Positions 8,798 to 19,700 of a stretch of 64,000 nt of DNA are shown here, piece after piece (the stretch's first letter is position 1; each line of letters opens with the position of its first letter). The notes beneath the pieces are model-generated. The model saw only the letters and a program-made list of their open reading frames with translations, made no database searches and was not told where the DNA came from. This DNA comes from a virus, in the IMG/VR virus record IMGVR_UViG_3300016472_000940, positions 32,001-96,000 of that record, one strand, 5' to 3'. A program made the position numbers and the translations under genes.

Positions 8798-10353
8798 ATA
8801 AATTCACACTCAGCAACATAATGTCCTAATAGAGTGTAGGCTGCTGCAACGCTTGTTGTGCATGTTGCGGTAAATCCATTTCTTCCTACATAGATGTATG
8901 AGGCAACATAATCTGTTGCATTTTGTGCATCATATATTCTGTTTATTGCAGAGGTATTTGTACTGTATACAGCAACTGAACCACCTACAGTAGGTAAAGC
9001 AGGTATAGCTCGTTTTTGTGTCATAAATCGTATAGGTAAGGAACCGGTATGCGCTGCATTAGAAATGCCATCTATAGCATTATATACTGCCCCTTGTGTG
9101 GTGTTCGTTGGAACAGGTGTATTTAAATTATAGCTTTTCTCATAATATCTTTGACACATTTCAAGCTCTAATGATAGTGGTCTGTGTTCGTAGGGAGTTG
9201 GTGTCCAGCTTCGCTCAAGTTGAATACCTGTTATGTAGACGAAATCGTCATTAAATGATCCACCAACTGGGCCGCCAGGCGGGCGGAGAGATGTCGCTGA
9301 TGGTGTCCAAGAAAATGTAATTCCTAGTTGTGTAACATCCGGTCTAATATATGTGTTAAAGCTATACCTTTTCCATGTTGGTTCTAGGATAGCATTTGCA
9401 TTAATAGCTGTAAGCCCGTTTGTCCAGCTAGCACTAAGCATGCTAGTCGCGAGCTGATCTTCACCAGCTCCAGTATACAGCTTTACATTTAATGCAGAGT
9501 TTTCAGAACTAAATGTGGTACCACACCTAGCAAAAAATGATAAGCATGCTGGAGAATTTTGAAAAGGTACTGAATGTATAGATTCAACGACTTGACCTAA
9601 GACTAGCCGGCCTGATGCGGTGCCTCCGGGTACCCTGCCCCATCGCAAGCAGCTTTGAAACCCAGAAAGGCCTGGCTGCCATGTCGATACACTTTCCCGA
9701 CGAGTTGTAACATCAACTTGCCCTTCCTGGAAAGAGAAAAATCTATCAACTGTAGTGTAGCGTGGATAATTGCTACCTACTGCTGCTGACACAGCGCGTT
9801 GAGCTACATTCATAGCGCCATTTATTATAGCATTTCTAAAGCTAAAAAGAACACTTGTTGTAGGGTGTACATTTTGTATAGCTACTGCTTCAACGGCTAG
9901 TTTTTCTTGAGTCACAGCACTTATTTCTATATGCCGTGTTTGTACAGAAGATAAAGCCATTAAGTCATTTGTAATAGCGGAAAGCTGTATATTAATTGTT
10001 CGTACGGAATCTGCAGCCATTTTTTCCCACGTCACAGCACTTACATCAATATGTCGGGTTTGAATTGCAGTTAATGCCATTAATTCGGTTGTTATCGCGG
10101 ACAAAGCAATTTTATCGGTTGTTATTGAGACTGGTGCAATTTTTGGTGTTGTAACAACAAGGGGTCCTAAATGTCGGGTCTGGACTGCAGTTAAAGCTAA
10201 ATTGTTTACAGTAACTGCAGATAGAGCAATCTTGGGTGTCGTTACATTTAGATCTGCAATCTTTATAGTGGTGACACAACCTGCAGACAATGAATTAGTT
10301 GTAACTGCTTCACCATCAATAAGCCCTTGCCGTACTTTGCCGATCGATCCCAT
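8794..10353 (-). CDS. tail fibre protein with decapeptide repeats and carbohydrate-binding-like domain
   Basis: 10-aa repeats, RNAIINGAMNVAQR, ITGIQLE...TPYEHR...ELEMCQRYYEKSY typical of phage fibres. Confidence 0.8.
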   Translation of the reverse strand: MGSIGKVRQGLIDGEAVTTNSLSAGCVTTIKIADLNVTTPKIALSAVTVNNLALTAVQTRHLGPLVVTTPKIAPVSITTDKIALSAITTELMALTAIQTRHIDVSAVTWEKMAADSVRTINIQLSAITNDLMALSSVQTRHIEISAVTQEKLAVEAVAIQNVHPTTSVLFSFRNAIINGAMNVAQRAVSAAVGSNYPRYTTVDRFFSFQEGQVDVTTRRESVSTWQPGLSGFQSCLRWGRVPGGTASGRLVLGQVVESIHSVPFQNSPACLSFFARCGTTFSSENSALNVKLYTGAGEDQLATSMLSASWTNGLTAINANAILEPTWKRYSFNTYIRPDVTQLGITFSWTPSATSLRPPGGPVGGSFNDDFVYITGIQLERSWTPTPYEHRPLSLELEMCQRYYEKSYNLNTPVPTNTTQGAVYNAIDGISNAAHTGSLPIRFMTQKRAIPALPTVGGSVAVYSTNTSAINRIYDAQNATDYVASYIYVGRNGFTATCTTSVAAAYTLLGHYVAECEFI

Positions 10354-10367
10354 ATATTACTTATTTA

Positions 10368-13300
10368 TTAACACCCTCGCGCGAATCTGTATGGTATTTC
10401 TGCAAAAGCGCAATATATGAATGTTTCTGCATTAGTATTAGTCTCAGAAGCTGTAGATCTAATCTTAAATCCGTTTCCGTAGAAGTCAATTACGGGGCCT
10501 TGAGGGTTTGTATAGTAAGAATTTTCTGTAATTGAGGTGTTATATATCTCATAATCGTAGCCGTTAGAGGTAGTTCTTGCAGTATCCTTGATAACCCAAA
10601 GTCGCCCGGCTGCACGGCTTTTAAGTATTATTAATCTTGGTTTAAATCCACAATACACAAAAGGACCATCTGTATTTCCATTTCCAACATATGAACCAAA
10701 CTTAGAATAGCCTGTAACTTCACACCAAGCATATCCAATATATTGTCCGTTCAATCTGTTTACACCGGCTTGATCGCCTAAGGTAATTACATTACTATTG
10801 GCTTTTGTTGTGTTCCATGTCGACCCGGTGCCAGTTGTTTCAACGGAAACAGCGTCTGTTAGATTAAACTTTGCAACTTCATTGTTAGCAAAAGCAATAT
10901 GCTGTACCCACCAATTATTATTAGCAAATCCAAGATTTGCGCTTAATCCTTTAACTATAATAAAAGATGGTGGGGTGTCGAGTCCGTGGCCGATAGTAGC
11001 GCCAAATGTGCTATTACCGGTGTATCTAAAAATACTTAATCCTGTTTGTTTATTTACGTTTACCCGGGTTGGTATAGAACCGTTTGTATTCAGCTCGGTT
11101 GATTGGCCAGCCTTCCAACTCCAAGCCACGTAATCTAATCCTGGAGTATTGGCTGAAATAGTTTCACGTACTGTAAATCCATTTATATTATATGAGCTTA
11201 GATAGAATGTAGTGTTAGAAGAATTATTAGAATAAACAGTTGATAATAAATTATCCGCTCCGCGAACTACATCGTGTAAACCGTGTGGTTGAGTTGATTG
11301 AGTTCCTCTACTCTTTATCCACACCAAATCAGGTTGAAACGATATATTTTGTATTTGCTTGACTGGACTTTCAAAAGCATTTTCTGTGTTAATAATGCGA
11401 GAAGTTATAGCAGAGGGCGGGGTAAAATTAGATACATACTTAGTAAAGTTTTTATATACTCTTATATCTTGTATATAACCTCTATAATATTGTGATGCAA
11501 CTACACGGCCACCTATTGTAATAACACCATCTGCATTAGTTAAGCTTTCGGTCCTACCAGTTACAGTATCAATTAACCTACCATCTATATATAATCTAAA
11601 TTCACTATTCTCTCTTACGTAAGCAAAATGATGCCACATACCTGAGGTAGCAAGAACCCCTGTATCCCTAGACCAACTCCATGTACCGCTGGTACCAGCA
11701 AGCCAATACCAATTATTTACCCCAGAGTTAATTCCAAACCATATACCGTTTGCGTCAGTGGTGTTACTTGTATATACTATAGCTTGTGCGTTTCCTGCAG
11801 GCCCTCTATGCTCTATTGGGTAAACCCACCCTTCAACACAGAAATTTTGTACACCAAGAACAAACTCATTAAACGCAACATTATTGTATACAAGATTTGC
11901 AGTACTACCATTGAAGAATGCTGCGCTTGCATATAAGAAAGAAGTATCGGGATTTGCAGAAATTGTAACATTGTTGTTTACGAGTGGTTTTCTAGGTCGT
12001 TGACCGTTAGAAATAATATTACAAGCATCGTAGTTCCAAAAAGTAGGCATTAATTGATAACCGTTTAAAGGTAGCGCTAATTCTAATCCTCCTGCCAGGG
12101 GATCTGTATTGTAAATTACATTGCCTCCAGTATAAGCTGTAACATTAAATGCGCGGTTAATTTGATTCAATCTTAATCCTGTATTACTTGTAAGGGGTAA
12201 TACAGCTGTACAAAGCGGTCTAAATCCTGTAGGTGGTCTAAAAGCGTAAGGACGGGCACCAAAATTACAATCCCAAGTGCGGGTGTTTGCACCACCGCTT
12301 CCATAACATGAAAATACCGGGACATAAGCCTTAGACGTCGATAAGCCATCTAATGAGGTGAAAGCCGCGTTAATACCAGACACCGGGTTGCCATTTGCTA
12401 AAAATGTGCCGTTAACAGAAAACCATAAGTTTCCTGCATCTGCATCATACGCAACTCCTATTATATCATTTCTTTGTATAGCTTGTCTATGTAATACTGA
12501 AGATGTGCTACCTGTTTTCTTATTACCATCCTGACGAAGCATAAAGAAATCTGTAATAGTATTATTCATCCAATAATTTGTTGCGTTTTGCTGTATATTG
12601 CTTTCCTTTAATCCTATGGCATCAGCAGTGTTAACTGCGGTAGGTATGTATGTGGCTTCAAAATACCATTTACCTGTCTGTAATCCCTGTGTAGTACCTA
12701 TCCACATTTGGGAGGTGGATCCGCCAATATTTGCAGCTGCCATTCCGCAATCTAATTCGCCTGCAGCTGCATAACCGGTAACTGTAGGCTGTTGCCCTAC
12801 CCGCGGCCCTACTGGGTTAATAGTACAAAATGTACCTCTTACACCAGGGTCATATGTAATATCAACAATATCTGAAAACCCCGCGGGCGGTGTAAAGGTA
12901 TATGGACGTAGGCCAAAGTTAAATGTGGTACCGGTTGCAGCTGTTGTGTTATATAAAGATACAGCTGGTGCTAAGGGAAGAAGTGTTGTGTTTGTTCCAA
13001 GTCTTGTCCAAGCAGGAGTTGTACCTGCTGCAGGGTCACCACCTCCAAGCCAACCGGTAGAATTTCTTACCCATGCATTGCCGGTTTGCGCATCATAAGC
13101 AAAGCCTAATACTGATTGGTTTGCTATAGATCCGAAATTTCCAGCTGCAATATTAGTTTGATACCCTGGCCCCGCGTAAGGTAGACCTGCTGTTGTACTA
13201 TAACCATAACCGAACCCCTCAATAAGACCAGTATAAATTCCATCGGTATAATGTGAGCTAAGCGGTGCCATTCCAAATATGTTAACGGAGCCGGCTTCGG

Positions 13301-15800
13301 TGCCTGCAGTTACTTCCCAATAATATTTGCCAGCAGAAAGTGTTGTTTTTGCTGCAGCCATACGATGCTGGGCGGCGGCGGCGCCAGTGTTCACTGTTAA
13401 CCCACTATTTGAAACTGTTAAATTACTATTTCTTGAAAGTATATATGTTTTTATGTTATAAGATGATACAATAGAATTAGAGGTTGAATAAACAAAATCG
13501 GTAGGAGATTCATTATAACTAGCTTTGTCACTATATGTAAGTGCATTGACCTCATTTGTTAAGAAGCTAATAGGCTGAAAGAAGGTTGCACTACCGTTAA
13601 CGGCAAATGCAGCTGTAGGTGGAATAAAATTAGTAGTATATCTTGCTACACCTTGAGTAAATCTAAATTGATCGTAGAATGATCTATGTAAAGACCCTTG
13701 TGTGCCAAGTCTTAGGTATGCAGGTATATTATATCCTAAATTACCTGCAAATGATCTAGTGTCTACCGCGCTACCATTTAAGTATAGAGTTAAAACATTC
13801 TTACTTCTAACCCATGCTATGTGTGTCCACGCTGTTAGTATTCTATTATTAGAAGTAAATTGTACACCTGAATTTGTATATCCAGTTATTGCTTTACTAC
13901 TGTGATTATAATTGAGTGCAAAAAAGCTTGTAAGGTCTCTAGCAGGAATATTGAATATGTTGACATCGCTACCAGAGATACAAACATACCATGTTTCTAC
14001 AGTAAAATCTGTACCTGGGTTTGACCAAAATTTATTATAAGCATTGAAAACAGTAACAGCACTATCATGCGTCTCAATACCTCTACTATATTTTGCACAC
14101 AATGCATTAGTACCTGTTCCAGACCCGTACGTATCTGTATAAAATACAAATTTACTCGTAGCATCAACTATGGCAGCGTCTCTAAATTTTAATAAAAGTA
14201 CTGTATTTGGTATATTTGTAAGTGGTGAGGTTGGTGGGGTAAAGCTACTAGTATATACCGCGGTTCCGACCACCATGCGTAGGTTATAAATTAAACCTCC
14301 TGTAAAATATATTTGACCAGCTTGCGTACCTACCTCAATAGGTCTATCACTAAAGCTCACAGTATAACCGGTTGGTAAGAGTTGTGACGCACATTGTACA
14401 CCGTCAATAAAAATTAATAAACGATCGCCAGACCGAACAGCAGCAACGTGATGCCAGCAACCATCAGCAATAGTTCTGCCTGTAGATTGTGTAAATTGAT
14501 CCCATGTTCCTCTTCCCTCTGATAAGTAAATGCCAACATCGCTTCCAATACCAAAAAAGAAAGCACTATTATAATCTGACGCATTACCAGTAGATTGATT
14601 TAATACTGGAGAATTACCATTATTTCGATTTACACCGTCTGTCTTTACCCAACACTCTATTGTAAAATCCTTATTACCAAGACTAAATGCAGGGTTATAA
14701 GGAATTCTTAGACAGTCATTAATACCTCTTAAGTATAAGCTACCATCATATTTGTTTACATCATAAGTTTCCCCAGGTAAGTAGAAAGGTGAAGGAGATC
14801 CTTGACATGCTGTACTAAAGCTACTTATAGGATTATTCAGAGATGAATAATCTCTAAAAACTATATTATTACCGCTTAGTGAACGAGATGATAGAGTTTG
14901 AGTTAATAGAGATACTGCTCCAAAATATTCATCACTATTTTCTGGATAAGTTAAGCTTGGTTTTAGTGCACGAGAATAATCTTTACCAATACTTGTATGT
15001 GTAGAGTCGTCTATGAATGGTAAGTAAAAACCAAACTTACCGTATGTACCTGCGTACGGTTTAGGTTGCCACTCTCCATTATTATCATAATATCCAAACG
15101 CCGAAGCATCTAACGCTTGCCCGTCTACCCAATGAAGTTCCGCTAAATAACCATTAAATCTTGAGCTCCCGCTATAATCTGAATTTATATATAAACCAGA
15201 ACCACTAGTATTACCAAATTCAGTTACTTGATTTAAGTTAGGATAGGTAGGGGTGCGATTTATGAAATTGCCTGTACCGGGTGATTCATAAGTCTTAAAA
15301 CTAGTCTGTAGTTGTCCGTTAATATATAGCTTTTGTCTGTTTTCAGGTTGTGGTTGGGTTGTATCAACAGCCCACACAAAATGATACCACGCTGAATTAT
15401 CCCGAAACCCCGGCAGTGTGTATAAAAATCCTTGCCATTGTCCTGGGGCGGCATTTATACCGTCCATATTGTAATAGCAAAATGTTGCTATTGTCCCGTT
15501 ACCATAATTATAAACACCATGGTTCCCTCCCATACCCGGAAATGCCACTGCACCAATCCAATTTCCAGTAGATTCAGCTGCACCCGTATTTACTGCCATT
15601 TGCCGGAACCAAAATGATTCTGTATATGTTCTGCGGTTACCGTCTATGGCTCCGCCTGGAAGTCGATAAAGAAACTGATTACGTGTAGGTACATTTCTTA
15701 ATGACTTAGTAATTTGATAGGGAGTAAAGGTCGTAGGCTGTGTATTACTAAAACCGTAACCACGTGCAGCTGTTGAACTAGCTGTAGATATACGAGGCAT
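10368..15800 (-). CDS. large virion adhesin with LamG/concanavalin-A-like and SPRY domains
   Basis: 1810 aa; several FTIECW...WHHVA.VR LamG motifs, GKYYWE/GKWYFE SPRY motifs, C-terminal PDLVWIK..GFKP..AFAE domain. Confidence 0.85.
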   Translation of the reverse strand: MPRISTASSTAARGYGFSNTQPTTFTPYQITKSLRNVPTRNQFLYRLPGGAIDGNRRTYTESFWFRQMAVNTGAAESTGNWIGAVAFPGMGGNHGVYNYGNGTIATFCYYNMDGINAAPGQWQGFLYTLPGFRDNSAWYHFVWAVDTTQPQPENRQKLYINGQLQTSFKTYESPGTGNFINRTPTYPNLNQVTEFGNTSGSGLYINSDYSGSSRFNGYLAELHWVDGQALDASAFGYYDNNGEWQPKPYAGTYGKFGFYLPFIDDSTHTSIGKDYSRALKPSLTYPENSDEYFGAVSLLTQTLSSRSLSGNNIVFRDYSSLNNPISSFSTACQGSPSPFYLPGETYDVNKYDGSLYLRGINDCLRIPYNPAFSLGNKDFTIECWVKTDGVNRNNGNSPVLNQSTGNASDYNSAFFFGIGSDVGIYLSEGRGTWDQFTQSTGRTIADGCWHHVAAVRSGDRLLIFIDGVQCASQLLPTGYTVSFSDRPIEVGTQAGQIYFTGGLIYNLRMVVGTAVYTSSFTPPTSPLTNIPNTVLLLKFRDAAIVDATSKFVFYTDTYGSGTGTNALCAKYSRGIETHDSAVTVFNAYNKFWSNPGTDFTVETWYVCISGSDVNIFNIPARDLTSFFALNYNHSSKAITGYTNSGVQFTSNNRILTAWTHIAWVRSKNVLTLYLNGSAVDTRSFAGNLGYNIPAYLRLGTQGSLHRSFYDQFRFTQGVARYTTNFIPPTAAFAVNGSATFFQPISFLTNEVNALTYSDKASYNESPTDFVYSTSNSIVSSYNIKTYILSRNSNLTVSNSGLTVNTGAAAAQHRMAAAKTTLSAGKYYWEVTAGTEAGSVNIFGMAPLSSHYTDGIYTGLIEGFGYGYSTTAGLPYAGPGYQTNIAAGNFGSIANQSVLGFAYDAQTGNAWVRNSTGWLGGGDPAAGTTPAWTRLGTNTTLLPLAPAVSLYNTTAATGTTFNFGLRPYTFTPPAGFSDIVDITYDPGVRGTFCTINPVGPRVGQQPTVTGYAAAGELDCGMAAANIGGSTSQMWIGTTQGLQTGKWYFEATYIPTAVNTADAIGLKESNIQQNATNYWMNNTITDFFMLRQDGNKKTGSTSSVLHRQAIQRNDIIGVAYDADAGNLWFSVNGTFLANGNPVSGINAAFTSLDGLSTSKAYVPVFSCYGSGGANTRTWDCNFGARPYAFRPPTGFRPLCTAVLPLTSNTGLRLNQINRAFNVTAYTGGNVIYNTDPLAGGLELALPLNGYQLMPTFWNYDACNIISNGQRPRKPLVNNNVTISANPDTSFLYASAAFFNGSTANLVYNNVAFNEFVLGVQNFCVEGWVYPIEHRGPAGNAQAIVYTSNTTDANGIWFGINSGVNNWYWLAGTSGTWSWSRDTGVLATSGMWHHFAYVRENSEFRLYIDGRLIDTVTGRTESLTNADGVITIGGRVVASQYYRGYIQDIRVYKNFTKYVSNFTPPSAITSRIINTENAFESPVKQIQNISFQPDLVWIKSRGTQSTQPHGLHDVVRGADNLLSTVYSNNSSNTTFYLSSYNINGFTVRETISANTPGLDYVAWSWKAGQSTELNTNGSIPTRVNVNKQTGLSIFRYTGNSTFGATIGHGLDTPPSFIIVKGLSANLGFANNNWWVQHIAFANNEVAKFNLTDAVSVETTGTGSTWNTTKANSNVITLGDQAGVNRLNGQYIGYAWCEVTGYSKFGSYVGNGNTDGPFVYCGFKPRLIILKSRAAGRLWVIKDTARTTSNGYDYEIYNTSITENSYYTNPQGPVIDFYGNGFKIRSTASETNTNAETFIYCAFAEIPYRFARGC

Positions 15801-16696
15801 TAGGCAAATTGTGTTTGAGAGGCAAGTACTCTAAAGGTTGCAGGGGCAACTTTAATAATAGTGTAGGTGTATGTATCTAAGCTATTCAAGTTTCCTCCGG
15901 CAGGAGCACCAGCGTTACCTTGCCAATAGGGTATAACTTGAGTACCATCGACCCTTACCGCACTGCAAAAAACTGACACAGTACTTGTTGATACTAAGTG
16001 TACGCAGGTAACAGTTTGTCCAGGGTATAAAACACTATCTAATGTTGCTGCATTATTCCCTCTAAAATTAACAGACCAACTTCTTATAGTCGGAGCAGAT
16101 TGAAAAAGTACGGTTTGTGATAATACATCAAAATCAATATTATCTACTATATTTTGCGCAATATTAGTTTTTTCTATAGTTTGTTGTACTGTTAATGTAC
16201 CAACAGCAGATGTTGTACCAACCACAGTAAAGCTGGCTTGAGGACAATCTGTATTAATCCCTACTCTACCCACATCAGAAATATGAAATGCGACACCTGA
16301 TTCATTATCAATAAATTGTGCAAGGGGTTCAGTACCTCTTTGTCTAACTAAAATAGCAGGCCCCGTGCCGTTATTAATAACAGACAATGAGCTAGTTACC
16401 GATACTATAGTATCTAGGTAAGTAAAATCCCCTAATGCTGTAATGCTACCTAACACTGTAAGATTACCGCCTACAGTGGCGTTACCAGAAAGCGATAAAT
16501 CAGCAAAATTTGTTTTTGCTGAGGTTATTGCACCGTCTGCAATATTTGCGGTGCCTAGAGGAGAAGCTAAATTTAATTTACTATTCGTAACAGCACCATC
16601 AGCAATTTTATTTGTTGTTACTGCATTAGCGGAAATGCTTGAAGATGTAACTGCATCATTATCAAGCATTCCTTGGATAATAGTAACTAGGGGCAT
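15800..16696 (-). CDS. virion structural/fibre protein
   Basis: Decapeptide repeats, TSSLSVINNGTGPA module, C-terminal DTYTYTIIK...VLASQTQFA; late promoter at 16703-16708. Confidence 0.75.
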   Translation of the reverse strand: MPLVTIIQGMLDNDAVTSSSISANAVTTNKIADGAVTNSKLNLASPLGTANIADGAITSAKTNFADLSLSGNATVGGNLTVLGSITALGDFTYLDTIVSVTSSLSVINNGTGPAILVRQRGTEPLAQFIDNESGVAFHISDVGRVGINTDCPQASFTVVGTTSAVGTLTVQQTIEKTNIAQNIVDNIDFDVLSQTVLFQSAPTIRSWSVNFRGNNAATLDSVLYPGQTVTCVHLVSTSTVSVFCSAVRVDGTQVIPYWQGNAGAPAGGNLNSLDTYTYTIIKVAPATFRVLASQTQFA

Positions 16697-16708
16697 ATAA
16701 TGTATTTA

Positions 16709-19700
16709 TTACCTTGCTCGCGCGATTTTAAATGGTGATTCTGCAAAAGCAGCGAAAACGTATCGCCCGGAAGCTACATTGCCATCTGCACCGGCATAAT
16801 TAAGTTTAAATCCGTTTGAAGTTATATCTACCGTTCCTCCAAAAGTTAATGCATTTGAATTCGCAGGGCTCAAATAATAAGTGGCTGGATTATATTTATT
16901 TTGTGAAATAGATGGATCAAAAATAAGCCACCCCACTGTATCTGCAGCATCGGCCCGTTTATACATTAAAAATGCAGGTTTAAATCCACAAAAACAAAAT
17001 GGACCGTTTGTGAGATTATTCGACCAGTATACACCAAACCTACTAAATCCTGGAATTTCCGCAAACAAATATGCAACATATTCACCAGCAGACCAAAACG
17101 TTCCTAGTGTAAATTGAGTATTTGTAGGGGCGGTATTGTTCCATACAGATGTATCTGCAGTATACCCTGCAGTACCAAACGTAAAATATCCTCCTTGTCC
17201 TGCTATACCATCACTGGTACCGTATTGATGAAAAATACCCCAATTTTGCCCGGTTTGCGGGGACATTGCTTTGACAATCATCATTGCTGGTTTTTGACCT
17301 AGTTGATGTAAGAATGTTTGATTACTACTAGCAGTTTTTGTAATTTGTGCTATATCAAACCCCGCAGCTCTATTTTTTCTCCAACTCCATGAACTATAAT
17401 TAGCATTTAATGCATTATAGGTGTTGTGTGGACCAACTATAAACCCGGTGGGTAAAAATGCTTGTAAACCGGCAGGTTCAGCTGTTTGACCAGCTGTACT
17501 TTGTGCAGATAAAGAAACAGTAGCACCACGCGTTGTATCGATCAATACATGTGATGTATTAGCTATACCTTTTATCCATATTAAATCAGGTATTGTTGTC
17601 CCTAAGGTTTTTACAGGAATTCCCGATAACCCTGAAGTTGTTACGGTACGAGTTGAACCGGTCCCTACATAATGTGTGTTGCTAAAAAAATCTCCTGGTT
17701 TTCTAATAATTGTTGCGGGTAAATTTGTATAACAAAGCGCTTTGTAACCGATAGGTATTTGATACAAAAAAGGCCGCTGACCGTAATTATGATGGCATAT
17801 AGCCCCTCCATAATACCCAGCAGCAGGTTGAAAATAATCTCCATTATAAGTTGTAAGTATTGTTGTTGCACCTGGTGCGGGGTTTGCACCCCCAACAGGG
17901 TCACCACTACCTTGCCAAACTCCATTTTTGGCAACAAAATATTTTTTATTATCTAAATCTAATGCATGTGAAATTACATCACCGGCTGCAGTCCATGTAT
18001 TTCCGTATGGAGTTGAAGTATTATTATATTGTATATGACCGTTAGATGCATAATAACCAAAACTTTTATTTGAACCACCTTGTTCGTTATATCCGGGGTG
18101 CCACTGCGCATTATTATCGAGGCCTGTAGTAGTAACGCGTGTAACTCCCGTAATTATATAAGTACTGCCATTCACATTTATATCTTCCCAGTACCACTTA
18201 CCTGATCTTACACCCACTGTTGTGCTTGCACCATACCATGCATTGCCACCATATCCTCTAGATCTTAACCCACACCGATCTACATACGTATTATCGTTGG
18301 CATTAAAGGGACTCATTACAGGATAATTACCCCGCGGGTTTACATCGGTATAAGGTGTAGGCACATCAAAGCATGAGTCGTTGCTAGTACCGTAATTAGT
18401 TGAAGTAGAAACTGACAACCCTTGTGAGGGGCCAAAATATACATAATTACCGGTATCCGGAAGTTGTGTAGTCGGTGGAGTAAATGAAGTGCTATCAGTA
18501 GAGTATCTTGCAATACGTGAAATTCTTATATCCGCAACTTCACCATTAAAACCAGCATATGTTCCAGTTTGATTTGTTCGACCAATGTAAATACCGTTAT
18601 TACCACCATCATTAAGAGTTCTGGAAACCGCAGTCGCACCGGTGGAAGAATGTACACCGTTTAAATATAATCTAACGTTACCATTGTATCTGATAACGGC
18701 TAAATGATACCATGTATTCGGTGACATGGTTGATACTGTAAAGTCTGCACCTAATTGTGTAGACTGTCCATCAAAGCTAAAAAATCCTATTTGTGTGGAG
18801 CTATTAATACGAACTATCCAATTACCATTAGCACCCACCGTATAATATTTTGCAGAAGAGATAATAGGTGATGCCGGACTAAAGGAGCTTGTTCTGAACC
18901 AACATTCAATAGTAAAATCAGTATCGTTAAGATTTAAAGTTGGACTAGGATAAACCCAGGCAAAAGCACCATAGCTTCCTGCAATAGTCGCACTTGATAA
19001 GGCCAAACTACCCGTATTATATTGCTTGACAAAGGTATTAATTCTCGCCCCGTTTTGTAAGTTAACTGTATTTGTTCCTGTGCTATCTACCACACCACCG
19101 CTTGCAAAATTTAATAATAAGCTTGTATTAGTTATAGCTGGTAGGGGTGTTGGTGATGGTATAAAGTTACCTGTGTATACCGCAGATTTAGTAATTCTAA
19201 AATTCGATAACCACCCACGCATAAAATAACTAGCTAGTGTACCGCCATTAGTTGCATGTCTACCAATCCACGGGGTGTAACTAAAATTAGTTACATTAAT
19301 ATCAGTATTTGAAAAGTCAGCAGATCCACCGTTAGTTACATTTATACCGTTTACATATAACACACCTGTAGTGCCAGATTTAACTAAAGCGACATGCTCC
19401 CATCTACCTCTTACATTAGACGCACTCGCAATGCTAGTTAGACTCTTATCACCGCCTGGGGCGAAGTTATTTCGAATACTTACAAAGTATTGTGACCCGT
19501 TACCTGTATCCTGACGATCAAATTCAAATTGATCAAAATCTATATTCAAAATACCTATTAAATTTTTATTATCTTGAACTTTAATCCAAAATTCTATAGT
19601 CCAATCACCGGTTCCAAGATTTAACGCATTATTTGACGGTAATTGTAAATATTCACCATCTGCTAGGTATACAGAACCACCGTAATCAATAGAGTAAGAA

